From Verrucomicrobiia bacterium (GTDB lineage Bacteria > Verrucomicrobiota > Verrucomicrobiia > Limisphaerales > UBA1319): a stretch of 64,000 nucleotides of DNA. The stretch covers positions 2,976,001 through 3,040,000 of the forward strand of contig OY760937.1 of the NCBI GenBank assembly GCA_963664225.1, in the 5' to 3' direction. Shown piece by piece: positions 39,629 to 49,407 of the stretch (positions within the stretch are counted from its first letter, which is position 1; the number at the start of each line of letters is the position of its first letter). The notes under the pieces were generated by a model, which was not told where the DNA came from, did not search any database, and was given only the letters and a program-made list of their open reading frames with translations. Both the position numbers and the translations under genes were made by a program.

Positions 39629-40456
39629 TTAAATCTCTGTCTTTTTTTCGCGTAAATTCGACTGTTGTTCAATATTGCGGGTCGGCAGACGCAGCACGGC
39701 ATAATCATCGCGATACCGTGCGCTGCTCCATGGCCAGACCTTTGCCTCGCCAACCAATCCAGCTTTGACGGGATTGGTTTCGATGTAGTGCAAGGCTTTT
39801 CGGCGCTGATCTTCGCTTCTAATCAAAGTATCCCAATATTCCCGTTCCCAGAAACTTCCTTCACGCCGTATTTTCTTATTTCCCTCACGCGCGACAAATC
39901 CCTTCCAACTCTTTACGAGCGCCGATAACGGTGTTTCCCATATCTGTAAGATTACGTGAACATGATTTGGCATGATGACCCACGCGTCCAGTTCATACCG
40001 CTGTCTGTCGAAAAACCGCAGTGCTGCGTCGGCCAGTTGCGCCAGGTTGGGATCTCGAAGCCAGCAAGCCCCATGCCCCATGTCCAAATAGGCCTCCAGG
40101 CGCTTGCTCCGTTCACGCCTGTCAACCAAACGCAACAAGGCTTCCCACTCGTTCCGACGGTTGGCTGGCATTGAGTCCCAAAGCCGAAAAGTGACGAACT
40201 GTGTCACGCCAGGAAAATCGCAGTGCGGCAAAATACCCCGTTGATGCCATCCGAGAAAACCTTTCGCCTTTACTTCTTCGTTCAATGGCTCATACCAGAC
40301 GCGTTTTCCTTCCACGAGTTGCTGCAAACCCGGATTGAAGGGAGGGCTCGAGCGCGCATATCGATGGGCAGAGGCTGGCTTTCTGTCCTTGGAGCTAGGT
40401 TCAGCAGGTTGGGCTTCACTTGGCTGATCCGGATTCATTTCAAAACGGTTGGTCAA
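39629..40456 (-). CDS. REP-associated tyrosine transposase (RAYT; Y1 HUH, IS200/IS605 superfamily)
   Basis: FVTFRL, MPNHVH (HUH), FWEREYWD, YIETNPVKAGL (catalytic Tyr), WPWSSA; flanked by REPs; start may be ATG 40438. Confidence 0.9.
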   Translation of the reverse strand: MTNRFEMNPDQPSEAQPAEPSSKDRKPASAHRYARSSPPFNPGLQQLVEGKRVWYEPLNEEVKAKGFLGWHQRGILPHCDFPGVTQFVTFRLWDSMPANRRNEWEALLRLVDRRERSKRLEAYLDMGHGACWLRDPNLAQLADAALRFFDRQRYELDAWVIMPNHVHVILQIWETPLSALVKSWKGFVAREGNKKIRREGSFWEREYWDTLIRSEDQRRKALHYIETNPVKAGLVGEAKVWPWSSARYRDDYAVLRLPTRNIEQQSNLREKKTEI

Positions 40457-40495
40457 TTTGTTTGTCCAAAGTCCATTTAAATTCAGCCCATCGTT

Positions 40496-41107
40496 CGGAG
40501 TGCCGGTCTCCAGACCGGCTTACCGCGTTCGCACCACATCACGTCCACCCAATGACCACAATCCATCAGGTCGCCTCAATCTACCGTTTCTGCCTTTCTT
40601 TCACCGTTTCTCAATCCCACGCCTGATGCTGACAAAAAACCAGCGCACCGGTCGGAGTGCCGGTCTCCAGACCGGCTTACGGCGTTATTGAATCCAACGG
40701 TTCCAAATGCGCCGCAGGCCCCGCACGCTGCGGTCTTCGGAGTGCCGGTCTCCTGACCGGCTTACCGCGTCCGAACTACCTCATGTCCAACCAATCACCA
40801 CAATCCATCAGGTCGCCTCAATCTACCGTTTCTGCCTTTCTTTCACCGTTCCTCAATCCCACGCCTGATGCTGACAAAAAACCAGCGCACCGGTCGGAGT
40901 GCCGGTCTCCAGACTGGCTTATGGCGTTATTGAATCCAACGGTTCCAAATGCGCCGCAAGCCCCGCACGCTGCGGTCTTCGGTGTGCCGGTCTCCTGACC
41001 GGCTTACCGCGTCCGAACTATCTCACGTCCACCCAATCACCACAATCCATCAGGTCGCCTCAATCTACCGTTTCTGCCTTTCTTTCACCGTTCATCAACC
41101 CCACGCC
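40496..41107 (+). repeat. Tandem array of about 2.5 units of 242 bp containing five REP palindromes (BIME-like)
   Basis: CGGAGTGCCGGTC-TCCA-GACCGGCTTAC copies start at 40496, 40653, 40738, 40895 and 40980 (alternating 157/85 bp); the linkers also repeat. Confidence 0.92.
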
Positions 41108-41183
41108 CCAAGCCGGTTAAATATCGGTGCATCGTCCGGTGTTGCATTCGTTCGGATGCCAACCGCCAACCGACTCCTGACCC

Positions 41184-43070
41184 TCATCTGACTATGATCA
41201 CCTCAGGCATCGTCACCAGATCGAACACGAAGGCCGAAGAGGTTTCGTGGTGGATATTTTCCCATGGGGCGAGTTCCAGGACCGGGCTCGAATCGGACGT
41301 CTGCATGAGTTGGGCCTCGGGGGCATCCAGTTTCGTAACTGTTGGAAAACGATTGGCCTCAGGCAACTCGATGTGACCTTTACTGGTCGTGCGGGCCACG
41401 ATAACAGGACGGGCCTTGTCCACATTGGCCAGCATCAGGTGCGGCCCGACCCATAGGGTGACGCCTTCCTGGCGGTTGATCTGTCCGGACTTCAAAACCA
41501 CCGGTTGCATCCGGCGATCCTCAATGCGGGGCGCACCGGAGAAAGTCACCGTGGCCTCTCCTTTGGAACTGGCGCGCAGGGCCAGGCGCAGATAGCCGTT
41601 CTCCTCCCGGACCCGAAGCGCGCGGCCCGAGCCGTCCTCAGCGGTCACTTGCGTGGCCCAATAGGGACGCCGCACAAAGAGCTCCGGCAGCTTCTCACTG
41701 TTTTCGGTCGATTCCAGATGAATCCGGCATTGAATTTCGCCCAGGGTGGCTTCGGTGGCATTCACCGCCACCTTCCATTGCCCACGCGCGGTCTGCACCG
41801 GAGCCGTGGCTGTCACAGGGAAGTTGACGAACACGCCTTTGGGACTGCCGACCACAACGTAGCGCTTGAGAGTATCGAGACCCATCAAACCATGGAACGT
41901 GCAGCACCAGACGGCCTCGGTGAATTGCGGTTGCATCAGCATCGGGCCTGTGGCGTCGCAAATAAACTCATGATGGCCGTAACCGCCATTGGCCGTGCGG
42001 TTCATGGCATAGTGGTTGAAGGCGTGTCTCTCCGCCATGTCGAGGAATTGCGTTTGGCCGGTGAGTTCCCATAAACGCAGGTTGAGCCGCAGCCAGTCGG
42101 CCTCGCTGCAACCTTCGTCCCGGAGAAAACTGACCTGGAATTTCTCGCCCACACCGCCCATGGGCCAGACGTAGCCGTTCTCGACGGCCTTGCGCCATTG
42201 GGCAATGGGACGCGCCAGGTATTCAGACTTGCCGGTGACTTCGTAGAGGGCCAGGAGCCCGTAATGGGTCAGGAGATTGCCATGGCTGTGGTCCACCGGC
42301 AGCGTGTCGAACCGCCGGAAAAATTCCGCCATGCGTTCCGCCTGCTGGAGGTAACGTGCTTCGTGCGTCTCTTTATAAAGCAGCACGAGACCTTCGATCG
42401 CGGGGAAGTAGCACGTTGTGTAACCGGCGGCGTAAGTGCCGGTCATGCGATATTCCGCCTCATGCGCGGGATCGAGAAAACGGTTGGTCGTGGCGCAGTA
42501 AAAATCCCCCAGGCGTTTGGCGGCGGTCAGGCACTCCTCATTTCCGAAGGCCCGATACGCCTCGACCAAACCCACCAGCAGGCGCGAGTTTCCCCAAAGT
42601 ATGGGCAGCAGCTTGGCGCTGGAACTCTCCGGCTCCATCGGCATGTTCCAATCGATGTCGCGTCCGAAGTGCCCATCGGCCTTCTGGTATTTGCCGAAAT
42701 CCTTGAGCACCTCGGGCAATGTGGGTGGCGTCATTTTCCCAATCGGCGACACCAGGCTGGCGATCTGCATGAACCGGCCGGAGATATCCCCGCTGTAGTT
42801 GACGAAAACGCGGTTGGTCTCAAACGAGACATCCGAGCGCAGGAAAACCGCGGAATCATACGGAGACTCGCTGAGGCGTTTGATGCCCAGGGTGTAGGCC
42901 GTGCCCAGGGATCCACCCAACTCCACATCCCGCGCTCCGGGCAGTGTCCAGACGGGACCGGAACCGGATCGATTCGGGGCGGAAGACGGCGTGGCGGCAC
43001 TGGCCAGCGACACGGCGCAGACCAGTAATGGCAAGGTGATGCGAATTGGGTTCATACTATTTAAATTCAT
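41184..43070 (-). CDS. GH127/GH146-like (beta-L-arabinofuranosidase-like) secreted glycoside hydrolase
   Basis: Signal peptide; MGGVGE, EGCSEADW and WCCTFHG (Glu/Cys metal-site motifs); RRPYWA. Confidence 0.75.
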   Translation of the reverse strand: MNLNSMNPIRITLPLLVCAVSLASAATPSSAPNRSGSGPVWTLPGARDVELGGSLGTAYTLGIKRLSESPYDSAVFLRSDVSFETNRVFVNYSGDISGRFMQIASLVSPIGKMTPPTLPEVLKDFGKYQKADGHFGRDIDWNMPMEPESSSAKLLPILWGNSRLLVGLVEAYRAFGNEECLTAAKRLGDFYCATTNRFLDPAHEAEYRMTGTYAAGYTTCYFPAIEGLVLLYKETHEARYLQQAERMAEFFRRFDTLPVDHSHGNLLTHYGLLALYEVTGKSEYLARPIAQWRKAVENGYVWPMGGVGEKFQVSFLRDEGCSEADWLRLNLRLWELTGQTQFLDMAERHAFNHYAMNRTANGGYGHHEFICDATGPMLMQPQFTEAVWCCTFHGLMGLDTLKRYVVVGSPKGVFVNFPVTATAPVQTARGQWKVAVNATEATLGEIQCRIHLESTENSEKLPELFVRRPYWATQVTAEDGSGRALRVREENGYLRLALRASSKGEATVTFSGAPRIEDRRMQPVVLKSGQINRQEGVTLWVGPHLMLANVDKARPVIVARTTSKGHIELPEANRFPTVTKLDAPEAQLMQTSDSSPVLELAPWENIHHETSSAFVFDLVTMPEVIIVR

Positions 43071-45568
43071 GGTTGAAACAAGCGCTTGAGAACACGCGGA
43101 TCTTCTTTTGCGGACGGATTGATGAGGACCACCGGCTCGCTGGCCAGGGCCCCGGCATAATCCGGAACGCGATCCCCTGTGTCCCGACGCCAGATCAAGT
43201 CGAATTGATATTCCATGATGCCGTGCTCGTCAGCAACAAAGTTGGTGTACCAGAAATTGTTGAAGATCATGGCCAGCAACCGGTTGGGATCGGCTGGCGG
43301 AGATTGGCGCAGGGCCAGCGTGGGCGAACGGCCAAAGGTGACCAGCGGCGCATCGCGGCTCACCCAGAGCCAATGGCCTTCCGGGGTCGTATAGTCGGCC
43401 CAGCCGTCGATGGCGAAATAATCCCGGCAGGTCCCCTGCAACTGGTCTGTGAAGGGCGTGTAGGGCTGGCCGCCGCTGCTGACCACGGGCAGGGTATTCC
43501 CCGTCGGCAGCGGAAAGGCGACGTAAAAGATTTCCGGCGCGGCGGACGAAATCCGGTTCAGGCGCAGTGTGAATCGGGCGCGCGGCGTGTTCTTCCAAAT
43601 CTCCACCACGCGCGTGGCCCATTGAAGCCGCGGATGCCGCAGCGCCTGTGTATAAATGACCGTGTGCGGCGTTTGCTCCACCGTGGCCTGCTCCTCCTCC
43701 GCGCCCACTTCGCCAAGCACCTCGCGACGCAGGCGCTCCCGTTCCTCACCTTGTCGTCCGCGAATGTCCCCCAGCACATGACGCGGCGCGAAGCCCTTGA
43801 CCTGGATGGCCGAGAAATCGCCAAATCCTTCCAGAAAGAGGGATTGTTTCATGCCTGGCCATGAGGCGGAAAGCGGCCATCCATGTGGATTGGTTTTGAT
43901 TTCAGGCGTCGTGGGACTCGATGGTTTTTCCTCCATCGCCTTCGTGCTCAGCCGCAGGTGGCGGACGGAATCCGCCGGGAGTTTCTCCACCCAGAACTTC
44001 GCCACGCGGTTGGGAACGCGGTCCGGGAAGGTGGCTGAAATATCCTCACGGCTCAGGTCCTCAGGTTTTTCGGGGCGGCCCCATTGAACGCCCGGCTCAA
44101 AATACAGCTTCATTCGCGCCCCCGTCTGCGGATCCTCAACGGACTGGTAGTTATCGCGCAGACTGGTGGCGATTACCCGCACCCAACCGCTGAACGGCGC
44201 TTTGGCCGGATTGGCGACAAATATACCTTCGCCTTCATTGGCGAGCCGCGTGTGCGCGCGCTGGGACAACAACCATTCGGCTTTGGCCATGGGCCGATAA
44301 GCCAGCAGGCTCTTTTCCGTGAACTGCGCCTGCGTATCCAGACTGTAGGGCTTGGCCACGCTGAGACTGGAACCCCAGGTGTGCTCGTCGAAGAGGCAAA
44401 GATCGCGATACAGCGAATTCATGGTTTCCAGGGCGCGCGGATCCGAGGGCCCCCAAACGGGCGACTGCGCGGCGGCCAGATAACGCTTGGCCGCGCGGCT
44501 GGCGGCCACTTCGCGAGGCGCGGACCCGGTGCCGTTGGCCCACCAGTCGGTCCATTCACCGGTGTGCTCCGGTGCGGTCGGTCCCATGGCCTTTTCCATG
44601 CGCGTCATGGCGTCGGCCGCCGTGGTGAGTCGCAGGATGGGCTGGAGCTTCAGCCGGTTCCATTCCGCAACGAAATCGGCCAGCGGAGGAAACGGGGGAT
44701 CGTTGTCGAAACGCCATTGGCTGGTGATGGAAATGGTTAACAGATCGTGCTTGTAGCCGGACTTCTCCAATTGACTCAACCGTTCCAGGCAGAGCTTATG
44801 CGCCGCGCGCACGGAGGCCTCGTCGCTGCCGAGGATGTCCCCAGCCCGAGGCGGACGGAACGCGGTATCCGAGGCGCGGGGCACAGGTCCGCGACGCCAC
44901 TCGCCCGGCTCGAAGAAATCAAAGCCGGACCCGTAGCCGATGTTCAGCCAGACGAAGAGGCGGCGGCCATCGGGCATTTTCCACCAGAAGGCTGAGGGAC
45001 GCTGGAACGGCACCCCGCCGCTGTCCTCGTTGATGCCGGTGAAGAGCTGATGCACCCCGCGATCCAGCAACGCCAGCGCGGCGGCGCGGGGCACGCCGTT
45101 GACGTCGTTCTGGATGGCCACCGTGGGACGGACATTCCGCCACAATTCTTCCGGCAGCCAGTGGACCATCGTCTGCCACTGGTCGGCGTTCATGAAGGGC
45201 GTGTTATTGCAGGCCAGCGCGGAGACCTCCAACTGACCGGCGCGAACGGCCTTGAGAAATTGTTTTCGGCGTTCCGGCGTCGCCGCCTGCCACCAATCGT
45301 TCACGGCCAGCGTGGATTCCGCCGTCCAGTAAAAGCGTTTCGCGGCCGGGCCTTTCATCGAGTCCAGAATGGCGTCCACCGCGATGTCGAGATACCGCCG
45401 GTAAAGCTCGCGACACACACTGGGACTGTCCGTGAAACCCACATCGGTGTGTGAGAAATGAACCAGGTTGATTTCCTTGATGACTGGTTTGGATACAGGC
45501 GGCGCATCGGCGGCCGTGGCCACCAGGGCCGTGAACGCGAACAGTGGCAATAAGGATTTTAATCGCAT
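43067..45568 (-). CDS. Secreted glycoside hydrolase with a GH38-like N-terminal domain
   Basis: VHFSHTDVGFT, QNDVNG, FWWKMPDG, DNDPP, DWWANG, FDEHTWG, NNFWYTNF. Confidence 0.75.
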   Translation of the reverse strand: MRLKSLLPLFAFTALVATAADAPPVSKPVIKEINLVHFSHTDVGFTDSPSVCRELYRRYLDIAVDAILDSMKGPAAKRFYWTAESTLAVNDWWQAATPERRKQFLKAVRAGQLEVSALACNNTPFMNADQWQTMVHWLPEELWRNVRPTVAIQNDVNGVPRAAALALLDRGVHQLFTGINEDSGGVPFQRPSAFWWKMPDGRRLFVWLNIGYGSGFDFFEPGEWRRGPVPRASDTAFRPPRAGDILGSDEASVRAAHKLCLERLSQLEKSGYKHDLLTISITSQWRFDNDPPFPPLADFVAEWNRLKLQPILRLTTAADAMTRMEKAMGPTAPEHTGEWTDWWANGTGSAPREVAASRAAKRYLAAAQSPVWGPSDPRALETMNSLYRDLCLFDEHTWGSSLSVAKPYSLDTQAQFTEKSLLAYRPMAKAEWLLSQRAHTRLANEGEGIFVANPAKAPFSGWVRVIATSLRDNYQSVEDPQTGARMKLYFEPGVQWGRPEKPEDLSREDISATFPDRVPNRVAKFWVEKLPADSVRHLRLSTKAMEEKPSSPTTPEIKTNPHGWPLSASWPGMKQSLFLEGFGDFSAIQVKGFAPRHVLGDIRGRQGEERERLRREVLGEVGAEEEQATVEQTPHTVIYTQALRHPRLQWATRVVEIWKNTPRARFTLRLNRISSAAPEIFYVAFPLPTGNTLPVVSSGGQPYTPFTDQLQGTCRDYFAIDGWADYTTPEGHWLWVSRDAPLVTFGRSPTLALRQSPPADPNRLLAMIFNNFWYTNFVADEHGIMEYQFDLIWRRDTGDRVPDYAGALASEPVVLINPSAKEDPRVLKRLFQP

Positions 45569-45570
45569 AA

Positions 45571-46530
45571 TCAGTCAGGGTTTTTCGGTTGAAGGGTGAA
45601 GAGTCGATTTTCGTTCGAGATTGCGTTTCGGGGTGGAGCAAAACCGGCAAGTATGATCGCGCCGAGAATCAGCAGTCCGCCGAGCAACGTCCGCAGGGGA
45701 GGGACCTCGTGGAGAACCATCCATGCCAGGGAAATACCATACAGCGGCTCCAAACCAGTGAGAACGCTGGCCACCTGGGCGCGAACGGTGGCCAATCCCC
45801 GGATGAACAGCACATGCCCGCATGCGGTGCACAGCAGGCCAAGGACGATCAGTAGCATGGCATCGCGGAGAGTCATGTGGATCCCGCTCCCGCAGACGAA
45901 GGGCAGTAGCAGCACGGTGGCCACCGCGTTTTGCCCGGCGCCCAGTTCCACCATTTCAACCATGGCCAGCGCCGGGATCCCTCGCACGTATTTGCGGTTT
46001 AGTATGGAGAGGATGGCGAAGGTCAGGCCCGATGCAGTGCCCCAGACGACTCCCTGGGTCGGGTGCTGACTCAGGTCGAAATTGGGCGCCACCAACACCA
46101 GTCCCGCAATGACCAGCAGGCAGGTCATAAGATCGAATGCCTGGAGCCGTTCACGAAAGGCAACCGGTTCAAGAATCGTTACAAACAGTGGAAACGAGGA
46201 AAAACTGATCAGGCCGATGGCCACCGTCGAGACCTGGATGGACTTGAAAAATGTCAGCCAGTGAACGGCCAGCACCGATCCCGTCACGGCAAAGAAAAAC
46301 CAATGCGGCGATTTCAGCGGCCGCGATGAATTTCGAATCCACAGCAATGACCCCAAAGCCAGGGCGGCCAGCAGCGCACGGCTGAAAACGATGACAGGCG
46401 GCGGGAGGGTGAGCATTTTTCCAAGCAACCCCGCCAGGCCAAAAAGAAAGACCGCAACATGGATGGACGCCAGTCCGCCGGGGACACTCTTCCTGGCTCC
46501 GACTGAAACCGACAGGTGAGCCTCATTCAT
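45571..46530 (-). CDS. EamA/DMT family transporter
   Basis: About 10 TM segments; HWLTFFKSIQ, FPLFVTILEP, LEPLYGI; GGAGG RBS before ATG 46530. Confidence 0.88.
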   Translation of the reverse strand: MNEAHLSVSVGARKSVPGGLASIHVAVFLFGLAGLLGKMLTLPPPVIVFSRALLAALALGSLLWIRNSSRPLKSPHWFFFAVTGSVLAVHWLTFFKSIQVSTVAIGLISFSSFPLFVTILEPVAFRERLQAFDLMTCLLVIAGLVLVAPNFDLSQHPTQGVVWGTASGLTFAILSILNRKYVRGIPALAMVEMVELGAGQNAVATVLLLPFVCGSGIHMTLRDAMLLIVLGLLCTACGHVLFIRGLATVRAQVASVLTGLEPLYGISLAWMVLHEVPPLRTLLGGLLILGAIILAGFAPPRNAISNENRLFTLQPKNPD

Positions 46531-46600
46531 CCGGCCTCCATGGATGTTCGAATGCGCAGCATGGAGGCTGCGATCGCCCGCGGGATGGAAGCGCGTCCAC

Positions 46601-46741
46601 TCATTCCACCGCGCCGCCGTGAACCCCATGGAGGCGAGTCCAGACGTTGTATTTTTTTTGCGAGCAGGGCATCCATTCCATGTCGTGGAGATTGCCATCC
46701 CACAGTAGGATGTCCACAATTTCCGTATTTTCCATGGTCAT
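46601..46741 (-). pseudogene. Decayed single-domain response regulator (receiver) remnant
   Basis: ATG overlaps the kinase stop (ATGA); MTMENTEIVDILLWDGNLHDME...KKYN...HGGA resembles xILLVEDNxxDxE...LKKxN...DGA but stops after 46 aa. Confidence 0.6.
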
Positions 46742-49011
46742 TCCGCCGCCTGCAGGCTCAGAAAGAACGTGGCGCCCTTGTCCGGCTCCGCCTGGGCCCA
46801 CACGCGTCCGCCGTGGAGTTGGACAATGCGCTGGACAATGGCCAGTCCCACTCCCGTGCCCTCAAATTCGCGATCGCTGTGCAAACGGTTAAACACACTG
46901 AAGAGTTTCGTGGCGTGCCGCATGTCGAACCCCACGCCGTTGTCCCGGACGTAATACACGATTTGCGATGGGTCGATGGGCGGTGCTGGTTGCTTGGGCG
47001 CTTCCACGGATGCCCAGGCGGGATCGACACCCGCCGCGATAGCGGGCCGCGCGCTGTATTCGGCCATCGTCATGGACCCAACCTCGATCACCGCGCGTTC
47101 TTTTTTCGAGGAATACTTGATGGCATTGCCGAGCAGGTTCACCCAAACCTGGCGCATCAGTATCGGATCTCCAAGGGCCTGGGGCAGGGCGCCCACACGG
47201 AAATCGATTCGCTGCCGCCCATCCGGCGTGGTCAATTCCAGGAACAATGAATTCACCAGACTCGCCATGTTCAAGGAGGAGGGATGCAACGCCGCCCGAC
47301 CGATGCGCGAGAAGGTCAGCAGATCATCGATCAAGCGGCTCATGTTCCGGGTGTTGTCACCAATGACCGCGCAAATGCGCCTCCCCTCGTCGTCCAGATT
47401 CGGACCGTAGCTCTCCTGCAGGATGTGCGCAAAGCCGTTAATGGCGCGCAGCGGCGCGCGCAGATCGTGGGAAACCGAGTAGGTGAAGGATTCGAGATCC
47501 TTGTTCGCGGCTTCGAGCTGCGCCGTGCGCTCCAGAACGCGCACCTCCAGGCCCGCGTTGAGCTCCCGGATCGTCTCCTCCGCGTGTTTGAGTTCCGTGA
47601 CATCCGCGCCCACGCTGAATATCTCGGAGACCTGGCCCTGGGCGTCCCACACGATCCGGTTTGTCCAGGCGATCCAGACCCGCTCCCCGTTGTGTCGGAT
47701 GTTTTCATTCACGTTCTGTTCGAAGGCCACCGGATCGGCGCAAATTTGTTCCATGAGACCGCGCATGTCGCGGCCATTGCTGTCCGTGGCCGGAACGATG
47801 GTGCCCATGACATGGCGGCCGATGATCTCCTCGGCCGAATATCCGAAAAACTCCAGGCCAAACTTGTTCAGGAAGTTGATTTTCCCATCCGAACTCCAAC
47901 GGAGAATAATGCTGTTGGCCTGCTCCACCAGCTCGCGGTATTTCCGCTCGCTATCGAGCAACGCCTGCTCCGTGAGCTTTTGGTCGGTCACGTCCCGAAG
48001 CACTTCAATGGCACCGCAGCGGCGACCCTCGGCATCGAACAGCGGCGCCGCCACACCCCAGATATGAGCCCCCCGGCCACCCCGCAGGAGGGGTAGGAAG
48101 TCCTCCGCAAAAACCCTGTCGCCGATCTTCCAGACGCGCTTGTAAAGCGCCTCCGCCTCGCGCGATGGCTGGTCCAGCAGATCCACCAGAACCGGCCTGC
48201 GTTTCCCGAAAAAAGGCTCGGCATAGGCGTAATCCCCCCTTCCCAGCACCGCCTCCTTCATCACGCCCGTCATGACCTCGCAGGCCCGGTTCCACGCCAC
48301 AATCCGTTTGTCGTGGTCGATGACAAATGTGGCGTCCGGCAGAAACTCGATGATGCTCGTGAGTTGCCGATTCGCCAGCAGTAACGCCTCGTCGGCCTGC
48401 TTGCGCGCAGTGACATCCGTGACCACGCCGTCCCAGACCACCTGGCCGTCGGGCTTCAAGCGCGGACGCGAGCGTATCTGCATCCAGCGCCACACTCCAT
48501 CCACCCGCTGCATCCGCACCTCCATTTCGAAGTCAGTCATTTTGGCAAGGCTGCTCGCCTCGACGACCCGTAGCGTATTGAAATGCTCCGGTGCGATCTG
48601 CCGATGCAGCACGCCTGGGTCCCTCAACGCATCGGCCACCTTCACCCCATGCAGCCTCTCCACCCCCGCGCTCAGATAGACAAAGCGTGACGCGCCGTTG
48701 GGATCGTGGAGATACTGGTAAACGTAGCTGTCGGGAAGGTTGTCCCCAAGCAAACGCAGCCGTTCCTCGCTTTCGCGCAATGCGTTTTGGGCCTTCTCGC
48801 GCGCCATCAATTCCATCCGCAGCAGGGAGGTCAGCAGCGCCGCAGTCACAATCACAAACGCCAGGCCTTTGTAAATCGACCAGAGTGTGCGGGTGTCCGG
48901 ATCGGTCACCAACACCGCCAGCAGACGGTCCGAGAGGAGAATCCACAGCCCGGCAAACACAACGTAAGGCAGGACTATCCGCACGATCCCTTGATTAACA
49001 GCATTCTTCAT
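46738..49011 (-). CDS. Membrane PAS-domain sensor histidine kinase
   Basis: 2 TM, three PAS/PAC domains, SVSHDLRAPL (H-box), NLLGNAIKY, DNGVGFD, GTGVGLAIV. Confidence 0.93.
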   Translation of the reverse strand: MKNAVNQGIVRIVLPYVVFAGLWILLSDRLLAVLVTDPDTRTLWSIYKGLAFVIVTAALLTSLLRMELMAREKAQNALRESEERLRLLGDNLPDSYVYQYLHDPNGASRFVYLSAGVERLHGVKVADALRDPGVLHRQIAPEHFNTLRVVEASSLAKMTDFEMEVRMQRVDGVWRWMQIRSRPRLKPDGQVVWDGVVTDVTARKQADEALLLANRQLTSIIEFLPDATFVIDHDKRIVAWNRACEVMTGVMKEAVLGRGDYAYAEPFFGKRRPVLVDLLDQPSREAEALYKRVWKIGDRVFAEDFLPLLRGGRGAHIWGVAAPLFDAEGRRCGAIEVLRDVTDQKLTEQALLDSERKYRELVEQANSIILRWSSDGKINFLNKFGLEFFGYSAEEIIGRHVMGTIVPATDSNGRDMRGLMEQICADPVAFEQNVNENIRHNGERVWIAWTNRIVWDAQGQVSEIFSVGADVTELKHAEETIRELNAGLEVRVLERTAQLEAANKDLESFTYSVSHDLRAPLRAINGFAHILQESYGPNLDDEGRRICAVIGDNTRNMSRLIDDLLTFSRIGRAALHPSSLNMASLVNSLFLELTTPDGRQRIDFRVGALPQALGDPILMRQVWVNLLGNAIKYSSKKERAVIEVGSMTMAEYSARPAIAAGVDPAWASVEAPKQPAPPIDPSQIVYYVRDNGVGFDMRHATKLFSVFNRLHSDREFEGTGVGLAIVQRIVQLHGGRVWAQAEPDKGATFFLSLQAAE

Positions 49012-49407
49012 GGCGAATATGCGTTGGCGTTTCTCGCTGGTCATTGCCGCAGGAACGAAATGCGGCGGGCACTGCGACAGACCCACCCGGCTTTAGCCCA
49101 TGTCCAAACACCAGCTTGGAAATTGGTTACAAGCCCGAGTATAATTCCGAATGGCTGCTAACACAAGGTTCGAAAGAGGGTTCGAAACCTCACACAGTTC
49201 CGCTCACCTTCTTACCGCGTCCAAATTTATTTCCCCACCCCAACTCATCCGTGGTTGGTAATCCTGTCCATCCTGACTATCCATGTGAATAACCCACAAT
49301 GCTCTTGCCTCTTTGCCCTTTCCCGGCCTTGATGGGCCCATTGCCTTAGGTTGGTTGGCGGTGGACCGCGAAGAATGGATGGCCCGTCACGTTTACGGAG
49401 AGTGATT

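Noticed and set aside
40496..41107. CRISPR array
   Set aside because: The 'spacers' are repeated and alternate between about 126 and 54 bp, no cas genes are present, and the repeat flanks a RAYT.
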